Assembly: GCA_002437945.1 (NCBI GenBank)
Contig: DJSB01000007.1
Span: 1 to 57,111, forward strand
Length of the DNA stretch: 57,111 nucleotides
Direction: 5' to 3'
Source: Christensenella sp. UBA6345
GTDB taxonomy: Bacteria > Bacillota > Clostridia > Christensenellales > UBA1242
The position numbers and the translations under genes are program-made. Of this stretch, positions 10,060-20,382 are shown piece by piece; positions within the stretch are counted from its first letter, which is position 1; every line of letters begins with the position of its first letter. Under the pieces are notes generated by a model. That model was not told where the DNA came from. It did no database searches and worked only from the letters and a program-made list of their open reading frames with translations.

Positions 10060-11115
10060 ATGAGTAAAATAATACTTACAGGAGATAGACCTACAGGTAG
10101 ATTGCATATAGGACATTATGTAGGAAGTTTAAAAAATAGAGTTGCTATTCAAAATAAAGGTGACTATGACAAGATGTATATTATGATTGCTGATGCTCAA
10201 GCCTTGGGTGATAATCATGATAATATTAAGAAAGTAAGAGACAATATAGTTGAAGTTGCTATTGATTATTTGTCTTGTGGCATTGACCCTAAAAAGACCA
10301 CTATATTTATACAAAGCGAAGTACCAGAACTTACCGAATTAACATTTTATTATAGTAATTTAGTAACTTTAAGTAGATTAATGCGTAACCCAACAGTTAA
10401 AGAAGAAATCAAATTGCGTAATTTTGAAGCAAGTGTGCCAGTTGGATTTGTTAATTATCCTATAAGCCAGACTGCAGATATTACAGCATTTAAGGCTAAT
10501 ATAGTACCAGTAGGTGATGATCAGTTGCCTATGATAGAGCAAGCCCGTGAAATTGTTAGATCATTTAATAACACTTATGGCGAAACTTTAATCGAACCAG
10601 AACCTGTATTACCAGAAAAAACAGTATGTAGAAGATTGCCAGGTATTGATGGTAATGCAAAAATGGGTAAGAGTTTAGGCAATGGAATATATCTAGCCGA
10701 TGACGAAGCCACTGTTACACAAAAAGTTATGAGTATGTATACTGACCCAGATCACATTAAAGTAAGTGATCCAGGTAAAATAGAAGGTAATGTTGTATTT
10801 ACATATCTAGACGCTTTTGCTACTGATGACCAAATTAAGAAATATGCACCTGAATATAATACTCTAGATGAAGTTAAACAACATTATATGCGTGGTGGAC
10901 TTGGAGATGTTAAAGTTAAAAGACTTCTTAATAGCATACTTAATGAAACATTAGCACCTATAAGAGAAAAACGTGCTTATTATGAACAACATAAAGATGA
11001 AGTATATGATATTTTGTTTAAGGGTAGCGATGAAGCAAGAGTAGTAGCACAACATACTTTACAAGAAGTAAAAAGAGCCATGGGTATTAATTATAGGGAA
11101 CTACTTAATAAATAA
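10060..11115 (+). CDS. trpS: Tryptophan--tRNA ligase
   Basis: 351 aa. HIGH-type motif TGRLHIGHY and KMSKS-type KMGKS. The start is 1 nt after the stop of the preceding gene. Confidence 0.93.
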   Translation: MSKIILTGDRPTGRLHIGHYVGSLKNRVAIQNKGDYDKMYIMIADAQALGDNHDNIKKVRDNIVEVAIDYLSCGIDPKKTTIFIQSEVPELTELTFYYSNLVTLSRLMRNPTVKEEIKLRNFEASVPVGFVNYPISQTADITAFKANIVPVGDDQLPMIEQAREIVRSFNNTYGETLIEPEPVLPEKTVCRRLPGIDGNAKMGKSLGNGIYLADDEATVTQKVMSMYTDPDHIKVSDPGKIEGNVVFTYLDAFATDDQIKKYAPEYNTLDEVKQHYMRGGLGDVKVKRLLNSILNETLAPIREKRAYYEQHKDEVYDILFKGSDEARVVAQHTLQEVKRAMGINYRELLNK

Positions 11116-11167
11116 GTACAGTACTCATATATGATTAGTGCCAATTAAAAAATAATTATATAACAAT

Positions 11168-11197
11168 AAAAAGTTATGCTATTTGCATAACTTTTTT
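11168..11197. terminator. Bidirectional terminator between trpS and the minus-strand sORF
   Basis: AAAA-AGTTATGC-TATTT-GCATAACT-TTTTT, with an A-run and a T-run flanking the stem. Confidence 0.7.
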
Positions 11198-11227
11198 GTA
11201 TTTTATCATTAAGTTTATTATTCTTGT

Positions 11228-11401
11228 TTAACCACCACATCTATTACAGTTACAGCCATAGCCGAAGTTGTTAAATGAGTTGTTGGATAATGCTAAAAGC
11301 AGTAATAATAAGAAATTGGTATTATTGTTAAGATCTGTATTAGTAGCACTAGTAAATATAGATAACAACAATATCAAAAGTATATTATTTGAAAAATTCA
11401 T
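11228..11401 (-). CDS. Untracked small ORF (57 aa): two hydrophobic stretches and a Cys-rich C-terminus
   Basis: Hand translation gives MNFSNNILLILLLSIFTSATNTDLNNNTNFLLLLLLALSNNSFNNFGYGCNCNRCGG*. A GGAGGG RBS lies 6 nt upstream of the ATG and the ORF ends about 30 nt from the bidirectional terminator. It is below the 60-aa cutoff of the ORF track. Function is unknown. The C-terminus is reminiscent of tiny Gly/Cys-rich YjcZ-like sporulation peptides, but that is only an impression. Confidence 0.45.
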   Translation of the reverse strand: MNFSNNILLILLLSIFTSATNTDLNNNTNFLLLLLLALSNNSFNNFGYGCNCNRCGG

Positions 11402-11555
11402 AATAACCCTCCATTTTACAAAATTTGATATTATTAACTAATATGTTTCAAAGATTTTTTTTGTTAATTATTAAAAATTCTTCTATACTATAAATATCGT
11501 ATCAATTAATTTTTGTTAATTAATTAAATAATAAATTCGTAATATAGGTGGGAAA

Positions 11556-11897
11556 ATGAAAGAGATTATAGTATTGCCAAGTACTCAACAAAATACATTA
11601 AAGGAATATATGCCTAATGATAACACTTTAAAGAAATTAGCCAATTTTTTTAGTATGTTTTCGGATTCGACTAGAGTTAAGATAATAACTGCATTATGCT
11701 TAAGTCCTATGTGTGTTAATGACTTATCTGTTATGCTTAACATTAATCAAACAACAGTAAGTCATCAATTAAAATTTTTAAAAACTTTTGGTGCTGTTGC
11801 TAGTGAACGAGATGGTAAAATTATATATTACTCTATAAAAAGTAATACAATTAATGATGTTATGCTTAATGGTGTTAACTATTTATTGCAAGCATAA
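11556..11897 (+). CDS. ArsR/SmtB-family metalloregulator-type transcriptional repressor
   Basis: 113 aa. LANFFSMFSDSTRVKIITALCLSPMCVNDLSVMLNINQTTVSHQLKFL is a winged HTH with the SHQLK recognition motif and Cys residues in the alpha3 region. RBS GGTGGG. Confidence 0.85.
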   Translation: MKEIIVLPSTQQNTLKEYMPNDNTLKKLANFFSMFSDSTRVKIITALCLSPMCVNDLSVMLNINQTTVSHQLKFLKTFGAVASERDGKIIYYSIKSNTINDVMLNGVNYLLQA

Positions 11898-12011
11898 TAT
11901 AGTTAAATATGTTGTAATAGTGTCACTTGTGATATGGTTAAATATTGGGATTTTTTAGTTAAGACTTTAACTTATTTGAATTTCTATCTTTATGTGTGAT
12001 ATAATAAAAGT

Positions 12012-13847
12012 GTGAATAAATATATAGATAGCATCAAGGCTAGAGTAAAAGAATTACCACTTTTACCGGGCGTCTACATTATGAGAGACGAAAGTGGTAC
12101 AATAATATATATTGGTAAGGCTAAAAAATTAAAGAATCGTGTTAGCCAGTATTTTTTTGATACCGTAAAAATACCAAAAGTCCAGATGATGGCGGATAGT
12201 GTAAAAACTTTTGATTATATTATAGTTAATTCGGAATTGGAAGCACTTAACCTTGAAGCCAATTTGATAAAAAAACATCAGCCTTTTTATAATATTTTAT
12301 TAAAAGATGGTAAAGCACACCCATTCTTAAGGATTGATTTAAAACAAGATTTTCCTAAATTTGAAATCACAAGAAAACTTAAACGTGATGGTGCAAGGTA
12401 TTTTGGACCATATTTTGGCAGTGTAAACGCTAGAGATTTGTTGGCATTAATCAATACTACATTTGCTTTAAGAACATGTAATTTAAATTTAAACAACGGA
12501 CATAAGGCCAGACGTGAATGTCTTAATTATCATCTTGGATTATGTTATGCTCCTTGTGTGGGTAAGATAAATAAACAAGAATACAGAAAGGTAATTGATA
12601 ATGTAATAGCATTCTTAAACGGAGATGTTACCCATGCAAAGGAATTGCTTAATAAGAAAATGTTGGCTTGTGCCGAAACAGAAAATTTTGAAAGTGCTAT
12701 AGTATACAGAAACAATCTTAACCTTATCAATCAACTTAATCAAAAACTTATTACCGAACTTAATAGTTATGCTGATATTGATGTTTTTGGCTATAACACC
12801 AATGGGCTTAATACAGTGGTTTCGGTATTGGTAGTTAGAGCAGGTAAAATTATGGGACTTAATAATTTTACTGTAGTGGATTTAACCAATGATGTTGCAG
12901 AAGTGTTGACCAACTTTGTTACGCAGTATTATCCCAATAGTTCTACTGTACCGAGCGAAGTTGTGTTCCCAGTTGAATTGGGGGGAATAGTTAATAATTA
13001 TCTTAACCAGTATTCAAAAAATAAGGTTAAAGTAACTATACCAAAAATAGGTATAAGAAAAAAATTGTTGACTATGGCAGAAGTTAATGCAAAGGAATAT
13101 CTAGAAAAAACCGTGGAAAAACAACACACTATAGTCGAACGTACATTAGGTGCTGTAAAGTTGTTAAAAGATAGACTTAATTTACCCGAGTTACCTATTA
13201 GAATTGAAGGCTACGATATTTCTAATATAAGTGGTACTAATATGGTGGCTAGTATGGTAGTCTTTACTAATGGTGTTCCCAATTATCAACATTATCGTAA
13301 GTTTAAGATTCAATCAGTTGTGGGACAAAATAATGACTTTGAATGTATGAGAGAAGTTCTAACCCGCAGAATAAGTGAACTTAATAGTGATGATGTAAGT
13401 TTTGGTACAAGACCTAATTTAATATTGATAGATGGTGGCAAAGGACAATTAAGTTTTGCATATTCGGTTTTGACTAGCCACAATGTTAATATTCCTATGA
13501 TATCACTTGCGAAGAAAGAAGAAGAAATTTTTAAACCTAATGAGAGTGAGAGTATACGATTAAGTAAAGATGACTATGCACTTAAATTACTTCAAAGAGT
13601 AAGAGATGAAAGCCATAGATTTGCTATTACTTTCCATAGGAGTTTACGTAATAAAAATGCAGTTGTATCACAACTTTCACAGATACCATTAATAGGAAAG
13701 AAAAAAGAGATTGCTTTGTTACAATATTTTAGAGATATTAACAAAATTAAAAATGCTAGTGTAGAAGAGTTAAAGGAAGTAGAAGGTATAAGTGAAAAAT
13801 TGGCTAATAATATCTATAACTACTTTCATAAAGAAACGCAAGAATAA
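12012..13847 (+). CDS. uvrC: Excinuclease ABC subunit C
   Basis: 611 aa, GTG start. GIY-YIG motif GVYIMRDESGTIIYIGKAKKLKNRVSQY and a C-terminal HhH region. Confidence 0.93.
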   Translation: MNKYIDSIKARVKELPLLPGVYIMRDESGTIIYIGKAKKLKNRVSQYFFDTVKIPKVQMMADSVKTFDYIIVNSELEALNLEANLIKKHQPFYNILLKDGKAHPFLRIDLKQDFPKFEITRKLKRDGARYFGPYFGSVNARDLLALINTTFALRTCNLNLNNGHKARRECLNYHLGLCYAPCVGKINKQEYRKVIDNVIAFLNGDVTHAKELLNKKMLACAETENFESAIVYRNNLNLINQLNQKLITELNSYADIDVFGYNTNGLNTVVSVLVVRAGKIMGLNNFTVVDLTNDVAEVLTNFVTQYYPNSSTVPSEVVFPVELGGIVNNYLNQYSKNKVKVTIPKIGIRKKLLTMAEVNAKEYLEKTVEKQHTIVERTLGAVKLLKDRLNLPELPIRIEGYDISNISGTNMVASMVVFTNGVPNYQHYRKFKIQSVVGQNNDFECMREVLTRRISELNSDDVSFGTRPNLILIDGGKGQLSFAYSVLTSHNVNIPMISLAKKEEEIFKPNESESIRLSKDDYALKLLQRVRDESHRFAITFHRSLRNKNAVVSQLSQIPLIGKKKEIALLQYFRDINKIKNASVEELKEVEGISEKLANNIYNYFHKETQE

Positions 13848-13896
13848 TATTTAACATAATTAAAACTTCTAGAATAAATATATCTAGGAGTTTTTT

Positions 13897-14763
13897 ATGT
13901 ATAAGCAGTTAAAAAAAATAGTTAAATATGGTAAAGTTATCCGTAACGAACTTTTATCACAACATACAAGTTATAGGGTGGGTGGCAAAGCGGACTATTT
14001 TGTTATGCCTAGTAATGTTATTGAACTATATGATTTAATACAGTACCTTACCAATAGAAGTATTAAATATTATATTCTAGGTGGCGGAACTAATGTACTT
14101 GCTATGGATAGTGGGTATAAAGGAGTGGTTATTTGCCTAAAACTTATTAATGAAATACGAGAATATGACGATTATATACAAGTGATGGCGGGTACTACAT
14201 TGATGGAAGTATGCAAGTATTATCAAGAACATAATTATTGTGGTTTAGAAGATGCTACTTTAATACCGGGAACTGTGGGTGCTGCAGTAGTGGGTAATGC
14301 GGGTGCATATAAGTTTACTATGGGTAATATAGTTAAAGGCGTTATGGTAATTGAAGATGGTTTGATTAAGTATTATAGTGGTGGTGAATGTGGTTTTGTT
14401 TATAGAGATAGTAGGTTACGTAATAGTATAGTTTTAAGTGTCGACATTATTAAAAATATTGGTTGTGATTATAATCGTATTAATGAAGTAATTGGATTAA
14501 GGTCAAAACAGCCAAAGGGATATAGTGCGGGTAGTGTGTTTAAACGAGTAGATGGTATTATTGTAAGCAAAATGTTGGACGAAATGGGACTAAAAGGATT
14601 AAAAATTGGCGGTGCTAGAGTAAGTGAAGTCCATGCTGGATTTATAATTAATGATGGAACAGCAACATCTCAAGATATTTCTAACCTTATAAGTAATATT
14701 AAAGATAAGGTATATAAAGAAAAAGGTGTAAAGTTGGAAGAAGAAATTAAATATATTGTGTAG
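13897..14763 (+). CDS. murB: UDP-N-acetylenolpyruvoylglucosamine reductase
   Basis: 288 aa. FAD-binding region HTSYRVGGKADYF...LGGGTNVL and C-terminal MurB motifs. RBS AGGAG. Confidence 0.9.
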   Translation: MYKQLKKIVKYGKVIRNELLSQHTSYRVGGKADYFVMPSNVIELYDLIQYLTNRSIKYYILGGGTNVLAMDSGYKGVVICLKLINEIREYDDYIQVMAGTTLMEVCKYYQEHNYCGLEDATLIPGTVGAAVVGNAGAYKFTMGNIVKGVMVIEDGLIKYYSGGECGFVYRDSRLRNSIVLSVDIIKNIGCDYNRINEVIGLRSKQPKGYSAGSVFKRVDGIIVSKMLDEMGLKGLKIGGARVSEVHAGFIINDGTATSQDISNLISNIKDKVYKEKGVKLEEEIKYIV

Positions 14764-15012
14764 TAAAAATCAAGTAACCAATAGATAAAAATTGGTTACT
14801 TTTTACAATAATATTTTAATTACAAAGTAGGTTCAAAAATATTTTAATTAATTAAAATATTATGCTATAATATTACCAGTCTATGTAGTAAATTATGCTG
14901 TATGTAATATATGAGATATTCTTATTTATATATAAAGTAATTTTATTAAATAGACATTATTGAAAGTTAACTATAATCATAGATTATATGTTATTAAAAG
15001 GACAAACTATAT

Positions 15013-15771
15013 ATGAATTTATTGGGTGATTATCATACTCATACTTATTATTCGGACGGTAAGTCTTCTTTAGAAGAAAATGTTGTAAGTGCAAAGAAGA
15101 AAGGACTAAAACAATTGGCAATTACTGACCATTCTTTTTCACATATGGCACATGGAATTACTAGAGAAAAATACGCCGAACAAACAAAAATTATTAATGA
15201 ACTAAAAACTAAATATGATGATATAGAAATATTGCATGGAGTCGAAACTAATCTTATGAGCCTTAATGGAGATATAGATGTTAAGAAATCCGAACGCAAT
15301 AATTTTGACGTGTTGGTTATGGGGTATCATTATTCCTATAAACCTATGAATATAAAAAATTTCTTTAACTTTTGGTTGCCGGGTATATTAAGAATAAAAA
15401 CTAAAAGACGTAGACGTGTAAATACTATGGCTTATATTAATGCTATTAAGAACAATGATATAGACATCGTTGCCCATCTTAATTATGGTATAGAAGTAGA
15501 CCCTGTAGAGATAGCAAAAGTTGCTAAAGAAAGAGAAGTGTACATCGAACTTAACGCAAAGCATCTAGGTTTTACTGACCAGCAAATATTGGATATGGCG
15601 GCTACTGGAGTTAAGTTTATAATAAGTAGTGATGCACATTTATGTGATAATATTGGACGTAATAATACCGCTTATGCGGCTATTACTAGACTTAATATTC
15701 CACTAGAACAGATTGCCAATATTAACAAAATTCCTAAATTTAAAAATTATAATCAAGATAAAAAATATTAG
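15013..15771 (+). CDS. PHP-domain (histidinol-phosphatase-like) metal-dependent phosphoesterase
   Basis: 252 aa. N-terminal GDYHTHTYYSDG PHP motif, then ITDHS and SSDAH motifs. Confidence 0.8.
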   Translation: MNLLGDYHTHTYYSDGKSSLEENVVSAKKKGLKQLAITDHSFSHMAHGITREKYAEQTKIINELKTKYDDIEILHGVETNLMSLNGDIDVKKSERNNFDVLVMGYHYSYKPMNIKNFFNFWLPGILRIKTKRRRRVNTMAYINAIKNNDIDIVAHLNYGIEVDPVEIAKVAKEREVYIELNAKHLGFTDQQILDMAATGVKFIISSDAHLCDNIGRNNTAYAAITRLNIPLEQIANINKIPKFKNYNQDKKY

Positions 15772-15780
15772 AGGTGAATT

Positions 15781-16788
15781 ATGTCATTTGCACTTGATGC
15801 TAAACATGAAGTGTTAAAAAACGAAATAAAAAGTGATTGCTGTGCTATGGCTTACTTAAGTGCGGTTATTAAAGGTGCTGGACAGTTGTCTTTATGCGCG
15901 GGTAAACATACTATATCTATACATACTGATACACCAGAACTTTTTGATGTTATTAATCACATAGTTAAACAGTATTATGGCGAAGAATGTACATTATGCC
16001 TTGCTGAAGAAAATTTAGGATTTAAAATAATCAAATATAAGATTACTATTCCTAGTACAGTAAGCGAACGTATAATGTTTGACTGTGGTATTCTCGAACT
16101 TGATGAGAATAACAATATGACTTTTAACAATGGTATTAGTCCATTTGTTATACAAGATGAATGCTGTAAATTATCATACATAAAAGGTACTTTTGTAAGT
16201 TGTGCGACTAGCAATATTGTTATTAAAAACTATGACAATGGTAAGAGTAACAGTGGTTATCATCTAGAGTTTGTGTTTAATTTTGAACAGACTGCAAGTG
16301 ACTTTTGTAAATTGCTTGAACATTTTGATATTCACGCAAAAACCACAGTTAGGAAAAATAACCCCCTAGTTTATGTCAAAGAGTACCAGGTTATTTGCGA
16401 TATCCTAGCATTAGTGGGTGCTAATAAGGCTGTACTTGAACTTCAAAATGAAGCGGCAATAAGAGATTTAAGAAATAATGTTAATCGTCAGACCAACTGT
16501 CTTAATGCCAATCTTAATAAGATGGTACAGGCTAGTGTTAAACAACTTAATGCGATTAATTATATAAAAGACACTGTAGGACTTGAATCATTAGATGAAG
16601 GATTACAAGAACTTTGTCTTATAAGACTAGCCAATCCGGACGAGCCTTTGGACAAGTTAAGAATGTTGTACTTCGAACCTATAAGTAAAAGTGGTATTAA
16701 TCATAGATTTAGTAAGATATTAAAAATTGCTGAAGAACTTAAAGAAAAAAACGAAGCAAATGAAAATAATAACAAAGATAAAGAATAA
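15781..16788 (+). CDS. whiA: DNA-binding sporulation/cell-division regulator WhiA
   Basis: 335 aa. Conserved central NRQTNCLNANLNK block and a C-terminal HTH region. Typical length for WhiA. Confidence 0.85.
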   Translation: MSFALDAKHEVLKNEIKSDCCAMAYLSAVIKGAGQLSLCAGKHTISIHTDTPELFDVINHIVKQYYGEECTLCLAEENLGFKIIKYKITIPSTVSERIMFDCGILELDENNNMTFNNGISPFVIQDECCKLSYIKGTFVSCATSNIVIKNYDNGKSNSGYHLEFVFNFEQTASDFCKLLEHFDIHAKTTVRKNNPLVYVKEYQVICDILALVGANKAVLELQNEAAIRDLRNNVNRQTNCLNANLNKMVQASVKQLNAINYIKDTVGLESLDEGLQELCLIRLANPDEPLDKLRMLYFEPISKSGINHRFSKILKIAEELKEKNEANENNNKDKE

Positions 16789-16821
16789 AAAGATTTATAA
16801 ACAATTAATAAGGAGCAATTA

Positions 16822-19800
16822 ATGGGTAACTTTGTGCATTTACATGTTCATACCGAATATAGTTTGCTAGATGGTGCTGCACGTATAAAAAAATTGGCTA
16901 AAGTATGTAAAGAATATGGTATGCCTGCTGTAGCAATAACTGACCATGGTAATATGTATGGTGCAGTTGCCTTTTTTGATGCCTGTGAAGAAAATGGTAT
17001 AAAAGCAATATTTGGTTGTGAATTTTATTGTTGTGAAGATTTACATATTAAGCAGGGTAAAACTAAACTTAATCACTTGGTATTACTTGCAAAAGATGAA
17101 GTAGGTTACCACAATTTAAGTAAACTTAATTCAATTGCTTTTGAACAAGGATATTATTATAAACCACGTATAGACTTAAAAACTTTGGCAGAACATAGCG
17201 AAGGTCTTATATGTTTAAGTGCTTGTCTAGCGGGCGAACTCCCACAATTAATTATGCAACGTAGATTCGACGAAGCAGAAAAATTGGTTGTTTGGTTTAA
17301 AGATTTATTTAAAGATGATTATTATCTTGAACTTCAAAATCACGGATTAGAAGAACAAATACTTGTTAATGAAAAATTAAGAGAGTATGCAAAGAAATAT
17401 AATATAAAGACTGTCGCTACTAATGATGCACATTATATATACAAAGAAGATTCAGAAATGCAAGATGTATTGTTGTGTGTGCAGATGCAGAAGACTTTAG
17501 ACGATCCAGACCGTATGAAGTTCCCTAATGATGAGTTTTATTTTAAGACTTATGAAGAGATGGTAAAGGCTTTCCCTAATGATCCTGAAGCGTTGGAGAC
17601 CACTTTAGAAATCGCAGATAAATGTAATTATAGATTAACTTATGGACACTATATGTATCCAAAATATAAACCAGTTACTGGGCAAGAACCTTTTGAATAT
17701 TTTAAAGACCTTATTGAAGCGGGACTAAAGAAAAAATATAAAGTTGTCACTCAAGAGATTAGAGACCGTATTGATTATGAAGTGGCTACAATTTCTAGAC
17801 TAGGGTATGTTGAATATTATTTAATTGTTTGGGATTATATTAATGCTGCTAGACAACGTGGTATTTCTGTAGGTCCAGGTCGTGGTAGTGGTGTAGGTAG
17901 TATTGTCGCTTACCTTATGGGAATAACCGATGTAGACCCTATTAAATATGGTCTGTTCTTCGAAAGATTCCTTAACCCAGAAAGAGTTAGTGCACCAGAC
18001 TTTGATATAGACTTTGAAGATTCTCGCCGTGGCGAAGTTTTTGAATATGTTAAAGAGAAATATGGCGAAGATAGAGTATGTAAGATTATTACTTTTGGTA
18101 CTATGGCTGCCAAGAATGCTTTAAAAGACGTTGCTAGAGTATTAAGAGTCCCTTATGCAGAAGTAGATAAAGTTACAAAGGCTATACCTAATAGTATTAA
18201 ACGTCCCAATATTATTGCTAAATGCTTTGGTATGTATCATGCTAAAGAAGGCGATAAAGATTATGGTGTGGATTATTCGATACCAGAACTTATCGAAATG
18301 TATAATACCAATCCAGAAATTAAAAAAGTAGTTGATATTGCCAATAAACTTGAAGATAGTCCACGTCAAACTGGTATTCATGCCTGCGGAGTTATTATAG
18401 GTGGAGATATATTAGATAAACATATACCACTTGCAAAAAATGGAGATATAATAACAAGTCAATATGTCGGTGGTGAACTTGAACACTTGGGTCTATTAAA
18501 AATGGACTTCTTGGGACTACGTAACTTGTCCGATATTAAACAGGCTATCGAACTTATTAAGATTAATCATAATAAAGAAATTAACTTTGATGAATTGGGC
18601 ACAGATGACCCAGAAGTATATAAACTTATTTCTACAGGTAATACTAAAGCAATATTCCAGATTGAAAGTGGTGGCTTCCAAAAATTTATGAAAGAATTAC
18701 AACCTACCTGCCTTGAAGATATTATAGCGGGAGTGTCACTATATCGTCCGGGTCCTATGGATAGTATACCTACATTTATTAAAAACAAACACAATCCAGA
18801 CCAAATCACATATATTAGTCCAGTTATGGAACCTATACTTAATGTGACTTATGGTTGTATAGTATACCAAGAGCAAGTTATGAAAATCGTTCAAGAATTG
18901 GCAGGCTATACACTAGCACGTGCGGATAGTGTTAGAAAAATGATGGGTAAGAAAAAACTTAAAGACCTACAAAAGGAAAGAGTTGTTTTCCTTAACGGTT
19001 GTCCATCTGAAAATGGCAAGCCAGCCGTTGATGGTGTATTGAAACGTGGTATTGATGAAGCGGTTGCTAATAAACTATGGGACGAAATGGAAAAGTTTGG
19101 TTCATATGCGTTTAATAAATCCCATGCTGCTGCATACGCTCATGTTACTTATCAGACTGCATGGCTAAAGACTTATTATGAACCAGAATTTTTGACAGCC
19201 GTACTTAATAACCGTATTACAATTAGTGATGAAATAAAAAATTACATTACTTATGCTAAAGAAGAAAAAATTGAAATTTTACCACCAGATATTAATAAAT
19301 CATTTACTATGTTTACTTGTAGTAAAGAAGGTTCAATAAGATTTGGACTAGCAGCACTTAAAGGTGTAGGTGTTAACGTTATTGATACAATTATCGCTGA
19401 AAGAGAAGCCCACGGCGAATTTAAGGGAATAGTAGATTTTGTTAATCGTTTTGATAATACTATTCTTAATAAGCGTTGTATGGAAAGTCTTATATTAAGT
19501 GGTGCTTTTGATTGCTTTAAAGTTAAACGTTCTCAATTAATGCAAGTGTATACTACATTACTTGAACGTTCTAGTTCGGACAGAAAAACAAGAGCAAGTG
19601 GACAATTTAGTTTATTTGACGACATACTAAAAACAGATATTGTTAATGAAATATCATATCCCAATATTCCAGAGTTTGATGAACAAACCAAATTAAAACT
19701 TGAAAAAGAAGTTGTGGGAGTGTATATCTCTGGACACCCATTAAGTAACTATACAAAGAGATTCAATGAATACAACTTAACATCTGATATGCTTGGTAGT

Positions 19801-20364
19801 GACGATGAAGACGGCGAAATGAATGATGTGGACGATGAAGAAAGTGTTACTGAATACGAGAATTTAACTGATGGTATGGAAGTTACTTGCGGTGGATTAG
19901 TAGTAGAGATAAAGAAGTTGCTTTCTAAACGTGATAAAAAAGAAATGGCATTTGCTAAAGTGGAAGACTTATATGGAGTTATCGAACTTATGTTATTCCC
20001 ACAAGCATATACTAAATTTAAAAATGTTTTACTCCCAGATTCTTTAGTTACTATTCATGGTAAATTAAGTATAAGAAGTGGAGAAAAACCAGTTGTATTA
20101 GTTGATAATATTACACAATGGGTACTTGATACTAACACTGAAGAAAAGAAAATTCAAACATTGTATTTAAAGTATGATGTTAGTAATATTGCTATACATG
20201 ATGATATTTACAAGACTTTATCCAACTATCCGGGAGAGAGTCCAGTAGTTGTAGTTGATTTAAACAACAAACCATTTAAACTTAACTTAAGAGTTAATGC
20301 AAGTAGTTTCTTAATCAATGAACTTCATGCATTCTTGCAAGATGAATTTATCAAATTAAAATAA
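16822..20364 (+). CDS. dnaE: DNA polymerase III alpha subunit (DnaE type)
   Basis: 1180 aa. N-terminal PHP FVHLHVHTEYSLLDGA, pol III alpha core (GVIIGG, FDIDF) and a C-terminal OB region. Confidence 0.95.
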   Translation: MGNFVHLHVHTEYSLLDGAARIKKLAKVCKEYGMPAVAITDHGNMYGAVAFFDACEENGIKAIFGCEFYCCEDLHIKQGKTKLNHLVLLAKDEVGYHNLSKLNSIAFEQGYYYKPRIDLKTLAEHSEGLICLSACLAGELPQLIMQRRFDEAEKLVVWFKDLFKDDYYLELQNHGLEEQILVNEKLREYAKKYNIKTVATNDAHYIYKEDSEMQDVLLCVQMQKTLDDPDRMKFPNDEFYFKTYEEMVKAFPNDPEALETTLEIADKCNYRLTYGHYMYPKYKPVTGQEPFEYFKDLIEAGLKKKYKVVTQEIRDRIDYEVATISRLGYVEYYLIVWDYINAARQRGISVGPGRGSGVGSIVAYLMGITDVDPIKYGLFFERFLNPERVSAPDFDIDFEDSRRGEVFEYVKEKYGEDRVCKIITFGTMAAKNALKDVARVLRVPYAEVDKVTKAIPNSIKRPNIIAKCFGMYHAKEGDKDYGVDYSIPELIEMYNTNPEIKKVVDIANKLEDSPRQTGIHACGVIIGGDILDKHIPLAKNGDIITSQYVGGELEHLGLLKMDFLGLRNLSDIKQAIELIKINHNKEINFDELGTDDPEVYKLISTGNTKAIFQIESGGFQKFMKELQPTCLEDIIAGVSLYRPGPMDSIPTFIKNKHNPDQITYISPVMEPILNVTYGCIVYQEQVMKIVQELAGYTLARADSVRKMMGKKKLKDLQKERVVFLNGCPSENGKPAVDGVLKRGIDEAVANKLWDEMEKFGSYAFNKSHAAAYAHVTYQTAWLKTYYEPEFLTAVLNNRITISDEIKNYITYAKEEKIEILPPDINKSFTMFTCSKEGSIRFGLAALKGVGVNVIDTIIAEREAHGEFKGIVDFVNRFDNTILNKRCMESLILSGAFDCFKVKRSQLMQVYTTLLERSSSDRKTRASGQFSLFDDILKTDIVNEISYPNIPEFDEQTKLKLEKEVVGVYISGHPLSNYTKRFNEYNLTSDMLGSDDEDGEMNDVDDEESVTEYENLTDGMEVTCGGLVVEIKKLLSKRDKKEMAFAKVEDLYGVIELMLFPQAYTKFKNVLLPDSLVTIHGKLSIRSGEKPVVLVDNITQWVLDTNTEEKKIQTLYLKYDVSNIAIHDDIYKTLSNYPGESPVVVVDLNNKPFKLNLRVNASSFLINELHAFLQDEFIKLK

Positions 20365-20382
20365 TTATGTAGGAGTATAATT

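Noticed and set aside
19795-19865. Possible intein or insertion in DnaE at the acidic stretch SDDEDGEMNDVDDEESVTEYEN
   Set aside because: The stretch is only ~25 aa and has no intein splicing motifs. The overall length (1180 aa) is normal for DnaE.
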